The notes: generated by a model from the letters alone, not told the origin. A stretch of 55,159 nucleotides of DNA, filler included, from Bipalium vagum (GCA_037834085.1; 3 parts of 3 records of this genome joined end to end with filler, not necessarily neighbours in it); one strand, 5' to 3'. Positions 25,727-39,195 are shown, counted from the first letter of the whole stretch. A program made the numbers and translations.

Positions 25727-28440
25727 ATGGATCAAAATTGACATTGTAAATTTTGTAAAAAACACATCTCTAAAAATAAAAAAAGTTATCATGAAAATAA
25801 GATAAAACATGATAAAAATAAACAACGAAAAACGATTTAAAAAGTACAGCAAAAGAGTAATAAAAAAGTTTTAAATTCATTAAAAATATCCAAGTTTTTA
25901 AAAAAACAGGTGATGATTTACAATTATGGCAATGATGGAAATTTATCGAAATTATGAAAATATTTTAATCAAAAATATTAGGGTACCCCAAAAGTTCGTT
26001 GTCACTACAAAATGAAATCAAAACAAGTATTTATTATGACATTTATAACATGAATCAGTCTTCAAAATATAATCCGTTGTGTTTAATTATCTTTAATTGA
26101 ATTAACTCCCAGTTAATTCTTTTATAACATTCATGTACTACTCTTTAGGCTTTGATACAAAAAATCAGTGATACTTTTCTCTTGTGGGTATGAGTCATAG
26201 AACAAAAGAGGTAATAATCCGACGGTGCAAGGTCCGGACCATATGCTGGATGTAGTATTATCTCAATCCCTTCTAGTTCCCTTATTTTATTTTTGGTTTG
26301 ACATATGGACGAGCATTGTCCTGTTGTAACAATGCATGTTTTCTGTTTATTATTGTCCGCAAGGATTTCATACATATGTTGCAGCTGCTCAACATAAAAA
26401 TGGGCTGTTTTTGTACGCCCATTTGGAAAAAATTCAAAGTATATTTGGCCAATTGTAATTTCACCAAACGCACAGCAAAACCTTGTTTTCAAACCGTTGA
26501 GGCTTGGCAAACGGTTTGGGAGTCTGATTATGGCTTAACAGCTGATTTTGCAAGTCTGAATTCCGAAAGTACACCCATTTCTCATCGCATGTAATGATGG
26601 TTTTAGAAATCGTTCATTATTTGGGTAGAAAAGGAGTTGTTCACATATTTGCAAACTTTTTTCCGCTCTTTCGGGAGTCAGATCATGCGATACAACTTTG
26701 CACCTCCTATTTCTCTTGCCACGAGACAGAATTTTACGGTGTACAGAAGATTTCTGAATTTGAACTTCATCTGAAAGTCTTCTGACACTGTTATAGTAAT
26801 TTTCATCTAAATAATGCATAATTGCTTGGGAATCAACTTTTGAGGGTCTTTCAGAATGTGACTTATCTTTAAGATCCGTATCTCCAGAATTGAACCTTTT
26901 AAACCATTTGATAGCCGCGCTTTTACTTACGAATTTGTCTCCTTCATCTTTACATATTTCAACTACAGCAGATTTGGCACTGCATCCTTTTTTCCAATAA
27001 TGGAGTAAAACGATACGAACAGTATAGTTTTCATCACCTATCATATTATTCTGTAAATTAAGAAAAAAATATTAGATCAATATATTTATTTCTAACATAT
27101 TACTTGTTATTTGTCTGTTCAAAATTACAGTAAACAAGTTTAATTTATTAGGCTATTTAAATAATTTACCTTTAAATATTACAATTTCAAAAAGTGACCA
27201 CGAACTTTTGGGACACCCTAATATCATAGAAGACGTGGAAATGTCCTCAGAAAAAATAATAATTTTGATGAAGATGAAGATGAATTATTGGAAATTTGAA
27301 AAAATGTTGAAAATATTATTTTAAATTCAATTTTTATGGAAATTACACGAGAAGAAAAGAATGAACTAAAAGAAAAAGAAATATTAAATTTTATTTTAAA
27401 TTCAAAGATCAAAAATGCATCATTTTCAGATTGTTATGAAAATTCATCAAATTTGAAAAACTACCTGTGCATTGTCAAGTTACATGACATGCAATTTAAA
27501 GTAGAGTATAAAAATCAATTGTATTTGTATGCAATTCAAGGTAATGCATTATAAAAAATAAAAGGTTTTGCTAAAACAAATTACATAATATATTTAAAAC
27601 AGAATATTGTTCTTTATTCAAGAAATTATGTGAATTTTCTCATTCTCTGACCAATAGCACTTCATTTATTTTTATTTTATTTTAATATTTCAGAAATAAT
27701 AATATTACAAATAAGTTATTCAGTTTTCAAAATGTACATTTTATAAATTAAATTTATCTTAATTCTTAATTAAAAATGAATTAATAATTAAATATTTTTG
27801 TAATTTTAAGTGATATTAAAATAAAATAAACATTTAACAAAATTATTTTCTGTAAAAATGACTGAAATGACTGAAGAAAAATTAAAAAATATTAATGATG
27901 TGAGAAAATCAAAATACATAACTTTTAATGGTAAGGAACTCTATTTAAATCAAAAAATGGTGAATGAAATTCGGGACGCTCGTGACACCTTAGGTGAAAT
28001 AAAAGAATAAATTTAAAAAGCAGAAGGAGAAAAAAGAGAAGATATAGTTCGTCCATTAGCTTCAATTCTTGCAGCAATCTTTGCAGGTTTAGGCACAGCT
28101 GGTGGAAATACTGGAGGATTTGCAACAGCTGTACAAAAAGCAACTGAATCACAAAAAACAGATTTAGAAAAAAGGAATTTATGAATGGAAATTGAAAAAA
28201 TGAAAACAAAAGAAGTAGCAACTGGAGCGAGTTTATACCTATTTTAACCCTCCTAAAGGTAGGGGCTTATATTTTGACCCATATTTTAGAAAAGGATTAA
28301 GAGACGTACTTTTAAATAGGTAAGAATATAAAAATATAGATAAATCTGAAAGAAAAGATTTTAAGGATTATTAAAAATTTTGAGTAAGAATAAAATTAAG
28401 TTTGAAAGACAATGAAATGGTTTATATTGTGACCCTTATA
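25727..28440 (+). mobile_element. Probable Polinton/Maverick (adintovirus-like) remnant, interrupted by a mariner
   Basis: 28020-28323 encodes ...PLASILAAIFAGLGTAGGNTGGFATAVQKATE....GASLYL / PPKGRGLYFDPY. 25727-25830 encodes a small zinc finger (HCKFCKKHISKNKKSYHENKIKH). No capsid, pPolB or integrase is visible. Confidence 0.5.
25978..27221 (-). mobile_element. Near full-length mariner element (~1.24 kb) with TIRs and TA target duplication; transposase frameshifted
   Basis: TA|TTAGGGTACCCCAAAAGTTCGTTGTCACT ... AGTGACCACGAACTTTTGGGACACCCTAA|TA. ORFs 26535-27044 (HTH, WFKRFNSGD), 26282-26473 (LLQQDNARP) and 26145-26510 (HPAYGPDLAPSDYYLF). Confidence 0.93.
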
Positions 28441-28565
28441 AAATAAAATAAATATTTTGCTAAAATTAAAATTTAAAAATAACTGAATAAAACTCACAGT
28501 GATCTTAAAAAACTAATAGTTACATTGTATCATGATTTTTTAAAAATCCAAAATTAAAATTTTTC

Positions 28566-29700
28566 GGATCATGTTTTTTTACCGAAATGACTATCAAGTC
28601 TTTTTTGACCGGTGTCTGACATCAAGTTTCTTTTTTGACCGATCTCAAATTTTTCATGTTGATATTAAAGAAATGAATATTAAACCAATAAGCAGCGTAG
28701 TGATGGGTATTCCATAATTATGTGTATTACTATAATTATTACTGATTGTGTTTTATGGCACTGCTACACGAAAAATTGCATAAATTACAATAGATATTTT
28801 TATAAAAGAAAATCTTTTTTTGAGAAATTCAAAGTACCTCTAAATAAATGCGTCCACTAAAAAAAGCAACGCTTTTGCACCCTCTTTTTTTCATATTTCT
28901 TTTTGATCTTTACTTAGTTTATTTCCATCTTTTTCACCAATCTTGGGCAGCACAGAATACAACAAATACTCATCATTCACACATAAAAGGAAAACCAAGA
29001 CTTATCTGTGTCTAGAATGAAGAATTCACAACTCTCTTAACATATCAGTCCGTAATTATTCCGAAAATACTATATGTACAAAAAAAACCCACTGCTATAT
29101 CACTTTTCGACCTAAGGGATATTGCCGTGTAGATGAGCGAATGAGTCAGGATACAATTCCTTGATTCATTCATTGACGGTTACTTATTGTTCTTACGATT
29201 TTATAAAAATATAGATAAATAAATAAATAAAGGATAAAAATAAAGATAATTTTTACTTTCTGGGTCATAGCTGTGAAGCTAGAAGCGAGGAGCCCTGGGC
29301 AGATCATAAAAGTCAAAACCTGTTGTTATTAATTTTTGTGCAGAAATGAGGAACAAATGTAAGATTTTTTCTTGAAAATCCAATAAAAATTGGAGAACCC
29401 ATGTTCTCAACTGTTTAAAGATGAAATTTATGTTCATCGAACTGTCAACCACAAGATGAATTTTGTTTACAGGAAGGCTGGTGCTCACACACAAAATGAA
29501 TCGATTTGGGATGAAAACTATGATGATCTCTTAAAATTATATCTAAATGACTGAATGTGGAGCTAAAGTATTCAATCGAAAAACTGAGAATCAAGTTTTT
29601 ATTTAATAAATTTGTAAAAAGAAAATTATTAACTTTTGTTATTTTTTGTGATTCGTTTCAAGTATATTTTTTGACCGAGTAGGTCAAAAAAACATGATCT
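28566..29700 (+). mobile_element. Merlin (IS1016/ISXO2-like) DNA transposon, decayed, with an internal insertion at ~28858-29290
   Basis: TIRs GGATCATGTTTTTTT... / ...AAAAAAACATGATCT; 8-bp TSD with one mismatch (AATTTTTC / AGTTTTTC); subterminal TTTTTGACCG repeats; remnant TVNHKMNFV...GAHTQ; homologous to the copy at 44658. Confidence 0.8.
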
Positions 29701-29799
29701 AGTTTTTCTTTTAATGCTACTTAAAGAATCCATAAAATTTTTTCATACAGTGTTCTTAATTCAAGTTGGAACATTTTTATTTTAAATTCGTATTTTATA

Positions 29800-30020
29800 A
29801 AATTATGTCACCATTCCTGCACATTCGGAGAAATGATTTGAAACCATTCTTCACAGTCGTCCTTATTAATTTTATCTAGTCCTTCTTTCATGACATCTAA
29901 TAATTCATCTTCTGAGGTACACATGCGTTTTAAGAAAAATTCTTCCATTTCGAAAACATTTTCGATTTGGTTCAGCATTGGAGTACGATGTTTTTCTATA
30001 TATAAATTGGTCTCCAAAAA
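29800..30020 (-). mobile_element. IS630-Tc1-mariner DDE C-terminal fragment
   Basis: TPMLNQIENVF...LLDVMKEGLDKINKDDCEEWF resembles the DDE_3 SPxLNPIE motif. Confidence 0.5.
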
Positions 30021-31655
30021 TTAGGTATCAAAGTGTCCCATATAACGGGGTTTTCCTTGTAATGATGTATTATATATAAATGTATTTATATTAAATAAAT
30101 AACTTTAAAAATTTTAAACTTTAAATTTATCGAAAAGAAAAACTACCTGAAACTGATTTCAAAAATATTATAATAGAAAATTTAGAATAAAATAATGAAG
30201 CTTGTCTAAAACATTGGGGTTAATATTATGCAGAATAAAAAGACAAAAAAACTAAACAGAAACTTCTATAATTTAACAATAAGTAAAACGTACCTATCTC
30301 TGAAAAAGAAGTCCATTTGCTCACACGATATTATAAAAGTTCTAAAATATGAATAAATGAGAAATTAAAAATCAAATTTTCTATTATAAGAACATTTAAA
30401 ATTGGTGATGATGAATAAAGCGACAGAGAAATTATTGATTACCCGGTTAGTGGATCTGAAAGAGGCGTGAATCAGATGTTCAGAGTTGGTGAATCCAGAT
30501 TGTTTCAAAGTGGTTTGTATCTCTTTTGTATACTGGTAGAGGATTCAAGTCATTTATTCTCAAAAAGATTCCTGAATTTCATCCCCATATGCCACTCTTG
30601 TGGAGGTCTTCATTATTAGAGAAGCCAGGTATTTATGGAGAATTCATTTTATTTTGCAAAGAGCCATATGAGGAGCAACATATTCCTTTGACTCGGCCTC
30701 CGAACAATCTTTCATAATAAACTACAGTTAAAATTGCAAAATAAATATAAATCAACTTTTGTTGACATTTCTTCGTGACATTACTTACTCTTACATTGTT
30801 TAAAAATCATAAAATTTGAAAGAATAAAATTTTTTCAAAAAGAAAAAACATATATATATGTCAAAATTTTATTTCATTAAAATTTGATGAAAAAAACTCA
30901 TTTTGAGTTAGAATGCAAATTCCAGATTACCGATCGATATATATATATATAAAGTTTTACTTTATTTAAAAGTCGAAAAAAGTTAGAGACAAGATCTGTG
31001 TTCTCATGAACTTATTGATGAACTGATAAGATCCTAAAGTGAAATAAACCATGTGCACGAAATAACTTTGTCGAAAAAAAACACTTACAACTCATAAATA
31101 TTACATAATATACCAATTATTTAATCACACCACTAATCAGTGTTGTCTTACTTTTAATATAAATAAAATTCAAGCATCAAATCAATTTTATTTATGCCAA
31201 TGCGATATTCGAAAATTAATTTTACGCAAATATCAAAAAATCCTCACATAACCCATGAACATTTTGCTAGACCGGTAAATGTCACAAAATCCACTGTCAT
31301 AAGTGCTCTTAAAAATAAATAAATAAATCCGTCATGACGATATATTTACCTCTTTACCTTTGGTGCCTTGGTCATAATCATACAACAAGTAGTGCCTGAT
31401 ACTTTTTAATACTTTTTGCCATTAGGATCTCAATAAGAAATATCAAATTAATATCTAAATTTAAATGTGAAATTATTTTGAATAACATGCTGGCGTGCAA
31501 AGAACACCAATTTAATAAATGTTCGTTTACCTTTTGCGATTGCGTAAGTTTTTGTAATCGTAATTTTATAGTAAAAACGCGTTTTTTATTAATTGCGATG
31601 AGAGGGACGAAAATTTCTCTCACGCTATGCCTCAGGCCGCGTTTTTCCACAAAGA

Positions 31656-33522
31656 TGGCAGAATTTTTTTATGATTATTGTAGATGCTGTGGACTTTCTT
31701 CAAAAAAATTCTCGGCTTCTATGCCACAAGCTGCTATTTTCCTTGAAGATGGCTGGATTCATGCACAATACGAGGGTGGCACACAACGCAGAAAAGAAGT
31801 CAAAAAGTATATTTATATGTAAAATATTGACACGGCTGCCACCATCATCATACTATTTGTACACTGTATGAGCTCAATATTAATTAATTCATATGTTTAT
31901 TATTCTTTTTCTATTCATATTTTTACTCAGCCCCAATCCTGTAATGATCCCCAGGATTTATTGAGGCCATTTACTGATCACAGTGGCCCAGTACAGGCGC
32001 CGATAACATGGACTGAGCCCCATGTATCGGTTAATGTTGAAATGGAATTGATCCATGGACATGAGCACCCGGAATCAGTCGCTTCGAACATTATGAGTTT
32101 ATTTGTCATTTTGTTCCAGTCCAGATCCTGCAGTAATGCCCAGTATGTATTACCTTCGGGATATGAGCACCCTGAAGTAATACGGACTCAATCGCGGAGT
32201 ATTTATCCAATCTCGATTGATTAAAATCAGCGTTGAATGATATTAATACCTGGTTCACATTTAGCGAATCAAATTCACTGGCTAAATGTATCATTAATAA
32301 TTAAAAGTTATGTTGATCTTCACTATTTCTCTGAAACCACAGCCGACGAAGAATCTGAACAACTCAATCAGGGAGATAATCAACACGTAGAAAAACTGAC
32401 TGACCTCTCTGCTAGAGAACAGAAGTCTACCGAAACTGAGGAGGAAAAAAATTACAACATTAGTGATTACATCATTAGTGATAATATTAATAACAAAAAC
32501 AATAATAATAATGATTATGATATTAATAATAGTAGTAGTAATAATAATAATAACGATAAAATTACTCAAAATACCAGTGTAGATAATAACATTATACATA
32601 ATAGCAATAAGAAGAGACCTACAGCTAGTGAGCACCCACTAACCAACTCTATAAGAAAAATAAATTCTAAAAATTTAAATAAAAACATAAATAAATATAT
32701 TTTTATTATTCGGGATGATAACTCAGACCTTTTTGATGGGTTATCATCACACTCCAACACCTAGGGAGACAAAACATTCGGGAGTCCTGTAAAAGAGACG
32801 ACAAATAACTCCGATGGGAGTACTGTAAAAAGCCAATTCGGTAGTCCCGTAAAAAGGACGAAACCAAACCCCAATACCGATGGAGTTTCTAAATTTGGTG
32901 AATTCTGTAGTCCTGTAAAAGGGACGAAAAGATCATCTGACACCAGCGGAGTGGTCAATGACCAAAATACTGGAAGTTCGAAACGGTGGACAACTAAAGG
33001 ACAGAAGAATCCTGAGGATCATGTCAAATATTCAATGGACCTATCAGACAGTAACCTTTCTGAAATTATTGATGAGGAGATCGAGAGATCTTCTGACTTG
33101 ATATTTGACGGACCGTCAAGCTCCTACCCTGGGGTGGACTATGGATTCTTAGAATTCTTCGCCGGGGAAGTGAGAATGACGTCTTTGTTAAAGCGACTTC
33201 AAAACTTAAGTTACGATGCTTAAAATTTACTAAGGAGTACCAAGTCCGGGCGAGAAAAAGCCTTAATCATGATAAACACATGGTTAATGTTCATCAAATC
33301 AAGCCCAAGGCTAATACTATTAGTGCTCCCATGTGGGATGATCATAAAGAGAGATGTGTTCTTCCATCATTTGGAATCGCATCAGGATGTACCCACTAGC
33401 AAACCATCTTCTTTTACTGCTCCCCTACTAGAAATGGTAGTCACAGAAGCAGATAAGAATATGGAATGACTTGGAGGGAGGGCGATAGAGGTCTTCATCC
33501 GGGCAAACTTAGAAGATGTTGA
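31656..33522 (+). pseudogene. Orphan long reading frame with in-frame stops, zinc-finger-like motifs and repeats; possibly the 5' part of a retroelement; truncated by gap
   Basis: ORFs 31478, 31868, 32237, 32951 and 33269 all lie in one frame, separated only by isolated stops. Contains YCRCCG, G[HY]EHPE x2, poly-Asn, three SPVK repeats and PCG...FHHLESH. Confidence 0.45.
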
Positions 33523-33622
33523 NNNNNNNNNNNNNNNNNNNNNNNNNNNNNNNNNNNNNNNNNNNNTTAATTAATTAANNNNNNNNNNNNNNNNNNNNNN
33601 NNNNNNNNNNNNNNNNNNNNNN
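33523..33622. other. Scaffold gap with TTAATTAATTAA linker
   Basis: N44-TTAATTAATTAA-N44. Confidence 0.97.
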
Positions 33623-34589
33623 TATTTTCTTTCGGTGTTATTTCGGTTTTGATAAATATTTTATTATTATTATTTTTATTATTATTATTTTTATTATTAT
33701 TTTTATTATTATTATTATTATTATTATTACATTTATCTTTTATTTTAAAGTAATCGTGAAATAAATATATTAAATAAGTACTATACATATTTATGATCAG
33801 ATCAGATTCACTTATTTAATGTTCGAACAAATTCTAAAGCACTAGTTGTTCCATGGATCATACTGCCTCTTCTACAACATATATGGATGGTAAAGATGTA
33901 ACTTATGAAACTTCTTCATTTAGACAGTTAACTTGTATATTATCTTATCTTGTATATTATATTATATTATCTCTGGATCATTAATGACCAGTTTATTTTG
34001 AACCATAAAAGTAAAAAATTTTTAATTAGTTGTTAAGATAAACGTAAGGACTTGTGGTTCAAACTGAAGAAATGGTTTGTAGATAAAGCAGAACGTTGAC
34101 CTTAAATTACTTTACGTTCAGTAAATTTCATAAATACCGTGTTTTTCAAATGTGTATAAGGTAATCTTTTGACTCAAAGGGTTCATTTTATTCCAGACAT
34201 ATTCATTCAACTATTTTCTATTTTTCAAGGAGTCAGTGAAATACACCGTAAATTGAAATCGTTATGCCCCGCATTAGTCAATAGAGACATCCAATAAATC
34301 TTCACCGCAATGCCTGGACACAAATTATTAAATAATCCCTGTTGAAACTGAATGATTTTGGAAATGGAAAGCCTACTGATTACCATATTATATCATTTTT
34401 CCCACTTCCTGAAAGAGAAAATTTTCCACAACAACAGTGCTGTTCAGAATACCTTTCGTGAACTTGTCGATTTCAACGTCTACGCCATTGAAATAAATAA
34501 ACTTATTTCTAATTGGTAGAAATGTGATACTTGCCATGCATCAAATTTTGAATAACATACTTTCTTGTCTTTTGAGATTTTTAATAATA

Positions 34590-35230
34590 TATTAGGTTGT
34601 AAAGTTCAAAATCCAACTTATTATAAACTTATTTTTGAGACCATATTTCTCAACAATAAATAAAAAAAATTATAATTACTATTTATTTAATGTTAGTAAC
34701 ATTTTGTTTTACTGATTAGTTTGATTTAATAATTATGCAACATTTTAAATAATTAGATAAAATTAATTTTAGGTGAATACTGAAGAAATTCATATCAGGC
34801 ATTGTTTGATATATGAATTTAGAAAAGGATCAACCAGCTTAAATGCATTTAAAAACATATCAGCAACCTATCCTGAATGTAATCTGCTACTAGATAAATG
34901 TCAAAGATGGTTTAGAAGATTTAAAGGCGAAAATTTTGATATTTCTGAAAGAAGAGGAGGAAGTTCATCAAATTTGGATAACAATATTCGTCTATCTTTT
35001 ATCGACGGAGATCCTATGTGTAAAACGCGTCATTTGGGAGATCACCTTCAGGTCTCCCAGACAACCATTGCCACTCATCTTCATAAATTAGGCAAAGTCC
35101 ATAGGCAAGGGTTATGGATTCCTCATTGCTTAAGTGAAAACAACAAAAAGCGCAGATTGTTGACTTGTTCTTCTCTTCTTCAAAGATTCAATAACGATAA
35201 TTTTTTTTGTCAATTAAAATTTGTGCATTT
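34590..35230 (+). mobile_element. Mariner 5' half (TIR + N-terminal transposase)
   Basis: TATTAGGTTGTAAAGTTCAAAATCCAAC TIR; IHIRHCLIYEFRKG...CQRWFRRFK...GLWIPHCLSE (WVPHEL motif). Another mariner C-terminal remnant lies at ~34000-34560. Confidence 0.85.
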
Positions 35231-36099
35231 TTCTATTGACTTTAAGAATTATTTATTGACAACAGAATTCACATGAATAAAATTTTTTCTTGGCACTTGT
35301 CGAAACTGAAAGGCATTGCCAATGTCTGTAATACGTTTTTGGACTAGACAATCTTCGACCTTTAATTTATAATAACGACTGTTCTGTTACTGCCACAGAC
35401 AGGTCTGAGTTTCCAGATTTAAAAATGCAGTCAAATATTTATATTATTTTTATTTACATGAGCGTAAGATTATTTATTAAATGTTGCAATAACGATGGAG
35501 ATTGACTCCACAAAGAATAAATTAAATCTTAAATGAAAACTTTATTTACAATGGACAGAATCGTTTTGTTTAATAATTTTCTTTCATATTTAAAGATATT
35601 TAATATTGATTTTTTACCAGGTGAAGAATAGATTTAATTAAATAATCAATTTCTAACATTATATAAAATAGAATTTAATAATACTAATTATAATAATAAT
35701 AATTATTATTATTATTATTATTATAATTAATAATAATAATAAATAATTATATATAATATTTAATTATATGCTTTATTATTAAATTAATATAATAATTTAC
35801 AGTATGCTTTTAATTATTTTTCCAAGATTCATAACAATAAAAAGTTAATTAGATTTTTAAAATTAATAAAATGATACGTTGTTTTAACTTATTAATTAAT
35901 CCAAGGCCAAAACAGAGCTGTAATATAAATATACCAGGCAAATTTTTACTGAGAAGTTGGAAAATTTGAAAACTGGAAACTGTCACTTAGGCATCAGCAT
36001 CCATATAAAATATTATATAAAAAACAATTGGATAATGCCATTCAGAAAGACAATCAATATACCTATCATATATTTTTAGAAGGTCTATTTTATTAGTTA

Positions 36100-37401
36100 C
36101 GGTGCTGTGCAAATTAATTTGGACAGACGAAATTTCACACATGATAAGGGTTTATTAATTTTAATAATACAAAAAATTAAAAATATCACGACATTTAGCA
36201 ACGGATTCACCGCGTGCTGGTATTAAACTTTTGACACGATTCGGCAGCCAATCAACTAGCCTGCTGCATGTTTCTTTGAGTTCATCCTCATAATTCCAGA
36301 TATGATCAACAAAGTTAATGGGCTTCGTTAGTCTCCCACAATCATATTGTTGCAATTTTCTTTTGATGATTGATCATAAATTTTCTATTGGACTTAAGTC
36401 AAAACTATTTTTGGTCAGAAAAGCATATGTATTTTGTTGCGTTCCATTAAAACTTTTGTTCTGGAAGCAGTATGACACATCGTCAGATCGTTTTGGAAAA
36501 TACCGTTTCCACCTGGATACAAATATGATAACTCTCTGAGAACCTTTCTCGAAAAAATACCAATGTATTTATTTTGACTTATCATGGCCTCCACTAGTAC
36601 TAATGTCCCAAGGCCGTTTGCTAAAAAGCAGTCCAAAAAGATCTACTTTAGAATATGTTTAGGTATCTGCTTTATATGATCTGATGAAATTGGTTCACCA
36701 TCACTATGCCACACAAAGCTTGACCGACAACCTTGTACTTCAAAAAAAATCTCGTCAAGGAAAATCACTTTTCTCCAACATTTAGCAAACCACATCTTGT
36801 GTTTTATGGCCCTATAGAATCTTTTCTTCATGATAACCGTTAATGCCTCTTTATAGATATGTGTGCTTTCCAGCCAACTTGCAACAACCTTTGTCAAATA
36901 GTTGAAGAATCAAGCAACACACCAGAATCATACAAATCTCTCTGAAGATCTAAACTAGTCTCCCGAGGATCTTTTTACATTGTCTGAGGAGAAATCGATC
37001 ATCCCTGATAGTAGCAGCTCTTTTTCGGTTACATCGATCTTTTCGTTTGAGTGAGACAGAACCTTCAGTTTTGTATACAGCAAGCGTGCGAGAAACTCTC
37101 AGTCTGCATTCACAATATCCCTGATACTCATGTCTTTGTTGACATTAAGTGCTACAAATTAAGAACGCTTTTTTGGCCTATTGTCTATAAATGTAAAAAA
37201 GAACAATGGTGTAGCAAGAATAACAGTTTTTCCAAAAGTTTGAGTAGTTACGATAAACAATATAGGATTATTAAAAAATGTTCTTAATTGATCAATAAAA
37301 GATATCTTTAAGAAAATTAAGTTCAAGTAAACTCGATATATTTAACTTTTCTTTATTATTTATCAAAATATTGTCTGCCCCAATTATTTCGCACAGCACT
37401 G
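36100..37401 (-). mobile_element. Decayed Tc1 element with TIRs and TA flanks
   Basis: TA|CGGTGCTGTGCAAATTAATTTGGACAGAC ... GTCTGCCCAATTATTTCGCACAGCACTG|TA; WRKVIFLDE, GIFQNDLTMCHTAS, LVDWLPNRVKSLIPARG. Confidence 0.88.
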
Positions 37402-37479
37402 TAATAGAACCGATATATTTGAAAGTACATTCAAACTTCCCATTAAGGCCAGATTTCGTTTTTTAAAAATCACGGCCTT

Positions 37480-38561
37480 CATAGACGGATGTGCTTAAAT
37501 AGAGGGGGGGGTTATTACATAATCAAATAAAAAGCACACATGTAAATTAATTACATTACAGTAATAAAGCCAGAAAACACTTATTGTTTTACGACATATT
37601 CATCAATAGTTGTTTGTCGAAATTTTCTATAATCATTATCTAACGTATCAGATAATCGACTTATTGCTTTATTCCTTTATTTCTTCATTCAAATTTTTAT
37701 TTTTATAAAAGTAATCACATACACACTATTTTGAAAGCTGTTTTAGCTGTTGATAACCAAACTATTTCATTAGGTAAATCTTCTAAATTATCTGGATTGT
37801 CACGGTTTTCATATTCATTTACTTTATTAATCAAGTCATCTTTGTTTAATGATCCATGTATGTCTTCATCAATTTCAAGGTGTAAATATTCAATGGTAGG
37901 CATTTAATCAATAATTCCGCCTGATTGTATCATAATTTCAAAAAATTTTAAGTCATTTTCTACTTGATTATCGATGGTACTGAAATATATGTCATGTTCA
38001 TAGGAGCTCAAATCAATATGTAACTATGAGTTTTTGATTTTTTCTATTGTTTGAACCTGAATAATTACATCATTTATTGGATATCCATGATCTCATCTTG
38101 GATATATCCAATGATTTAGAAACGAATTCATGTCAGGATTTTTAACAAAACGTTTCCTCTTTTGAGATGATGGGGGAGATGGATCAAGAGTAAAATAATT
38201 TAATGTGTTTCCAATTTCTTGCTTTGAAATAGTTTCTTTCGTTTTGTTTTAAGAATTTTGTCAATTCTTCTTCTGTAAAAGATATATCATTATGCACACA
38301 GTAATATTTCTTCTTTTTCGCTTTTATTCAATATTGTTTGCTTCATCGTAATCTTGAAGATATTTGAAAAATAAAACAAATTTATATCGTGATTTAAGTA
38401 AAATTATGTAAATTTTTTAAAAATCTGATCTTTTAGAGAAACTTATCGTAATAGGAGAGGAAAACTTAATTACGATATGTTTATTGATGATTGCACAATG
38501 TCACAATTGTGCAATATTTCGGTCATGAGAACAGGTGGCACTCCTTAGAGGTTTGATTGTA
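37480..38561 (-). mobile_element. pogo/Tigger-like element remnant
   Basis: Right end reads TA|CAATCAAACCTCTAAGGAGTGCCACC on the minus strand (Tigger-type TIR). C-terminal TIEYLHLEIDEDIH..LNKDDLINKV...STAKTAFKIV and QTTIDEY are typical Tigger C-terminus features. Confidence 0.6.
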
Positions 38562-38612
38562 TTCGAGAAATAGATAGTCTGAGGATTATTACCAAAAATG
38601 ATTTATTATTAC

Positions 38613-39195
38613 TATTGGGTCATTGCAAAAGTTTGTACCCGCCTTTAAACCAGCATCAGAACGATGTAACTAAGGTTTTTTTTATTAAAATGAATCATTC
38701 TGTTTGTGTGATTTTATCAGGTATTATTTTAAGTTAAATGCTTGTTTAAATATATATTTACCTTGCAGTACTATTTAAAATATGAATAGATAAATACATT
38801 TACGTCAAGTACACCTTTATAAATATGTTAGTATTGGAATTGCTTATAAAAACTTTCATGTCTTTTTGAGGATGGCTTTCCTTCTCTAAGTGCTATTAAG
38901 AGATGGTTTCGACCATTTCGTGATGGGAATCTTCTCTTGGAATATCAACCACGTTCTCGGCGACCTTTAGAAATTATAGACGGCATGATTGGTACCATGT
39001 TAGAAAAATTTTCAATGATTTCAACACAGAAGATTTCTAATAGCCTTGGTGTAATTTCGCCCATATTTGGTCATTTAAAAAGCCGCACGAGTGCCGCATA
39101 CATTGGCCGAAATGAGTAAACTGTAGCGTAATGATGTCATCATATTTCTCCTTGCACGAAATAAAAGTGAACCTTTTTTGGATAGATTATACGTT
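38613..39195 (+). mobile_element. Mariner 5' fragment
   Basis: TATTGGGTCATTGCAAAAGTTTGTACCC TIR; AIKRWFRPFRDGNLLLEYQPRSRRP. Confidence 0.7.

Noticed and set aside
32777-32930. Repeat-spacer pattern superficially like a CRISPR array
   Set aside because: Only three degenerate copies, spacings are multiples of 3 within one reading frame, spacers resemble each other, the context is eukaryotic and there are no cas genes.
31478-33469. Stop-codon reassignment to explain the in-frame stops
   Set aside because: The stops include TAA, TAG and TGA, and the intact host genes translate with the standard code and end in normal stops; decay is the simpler explanation.
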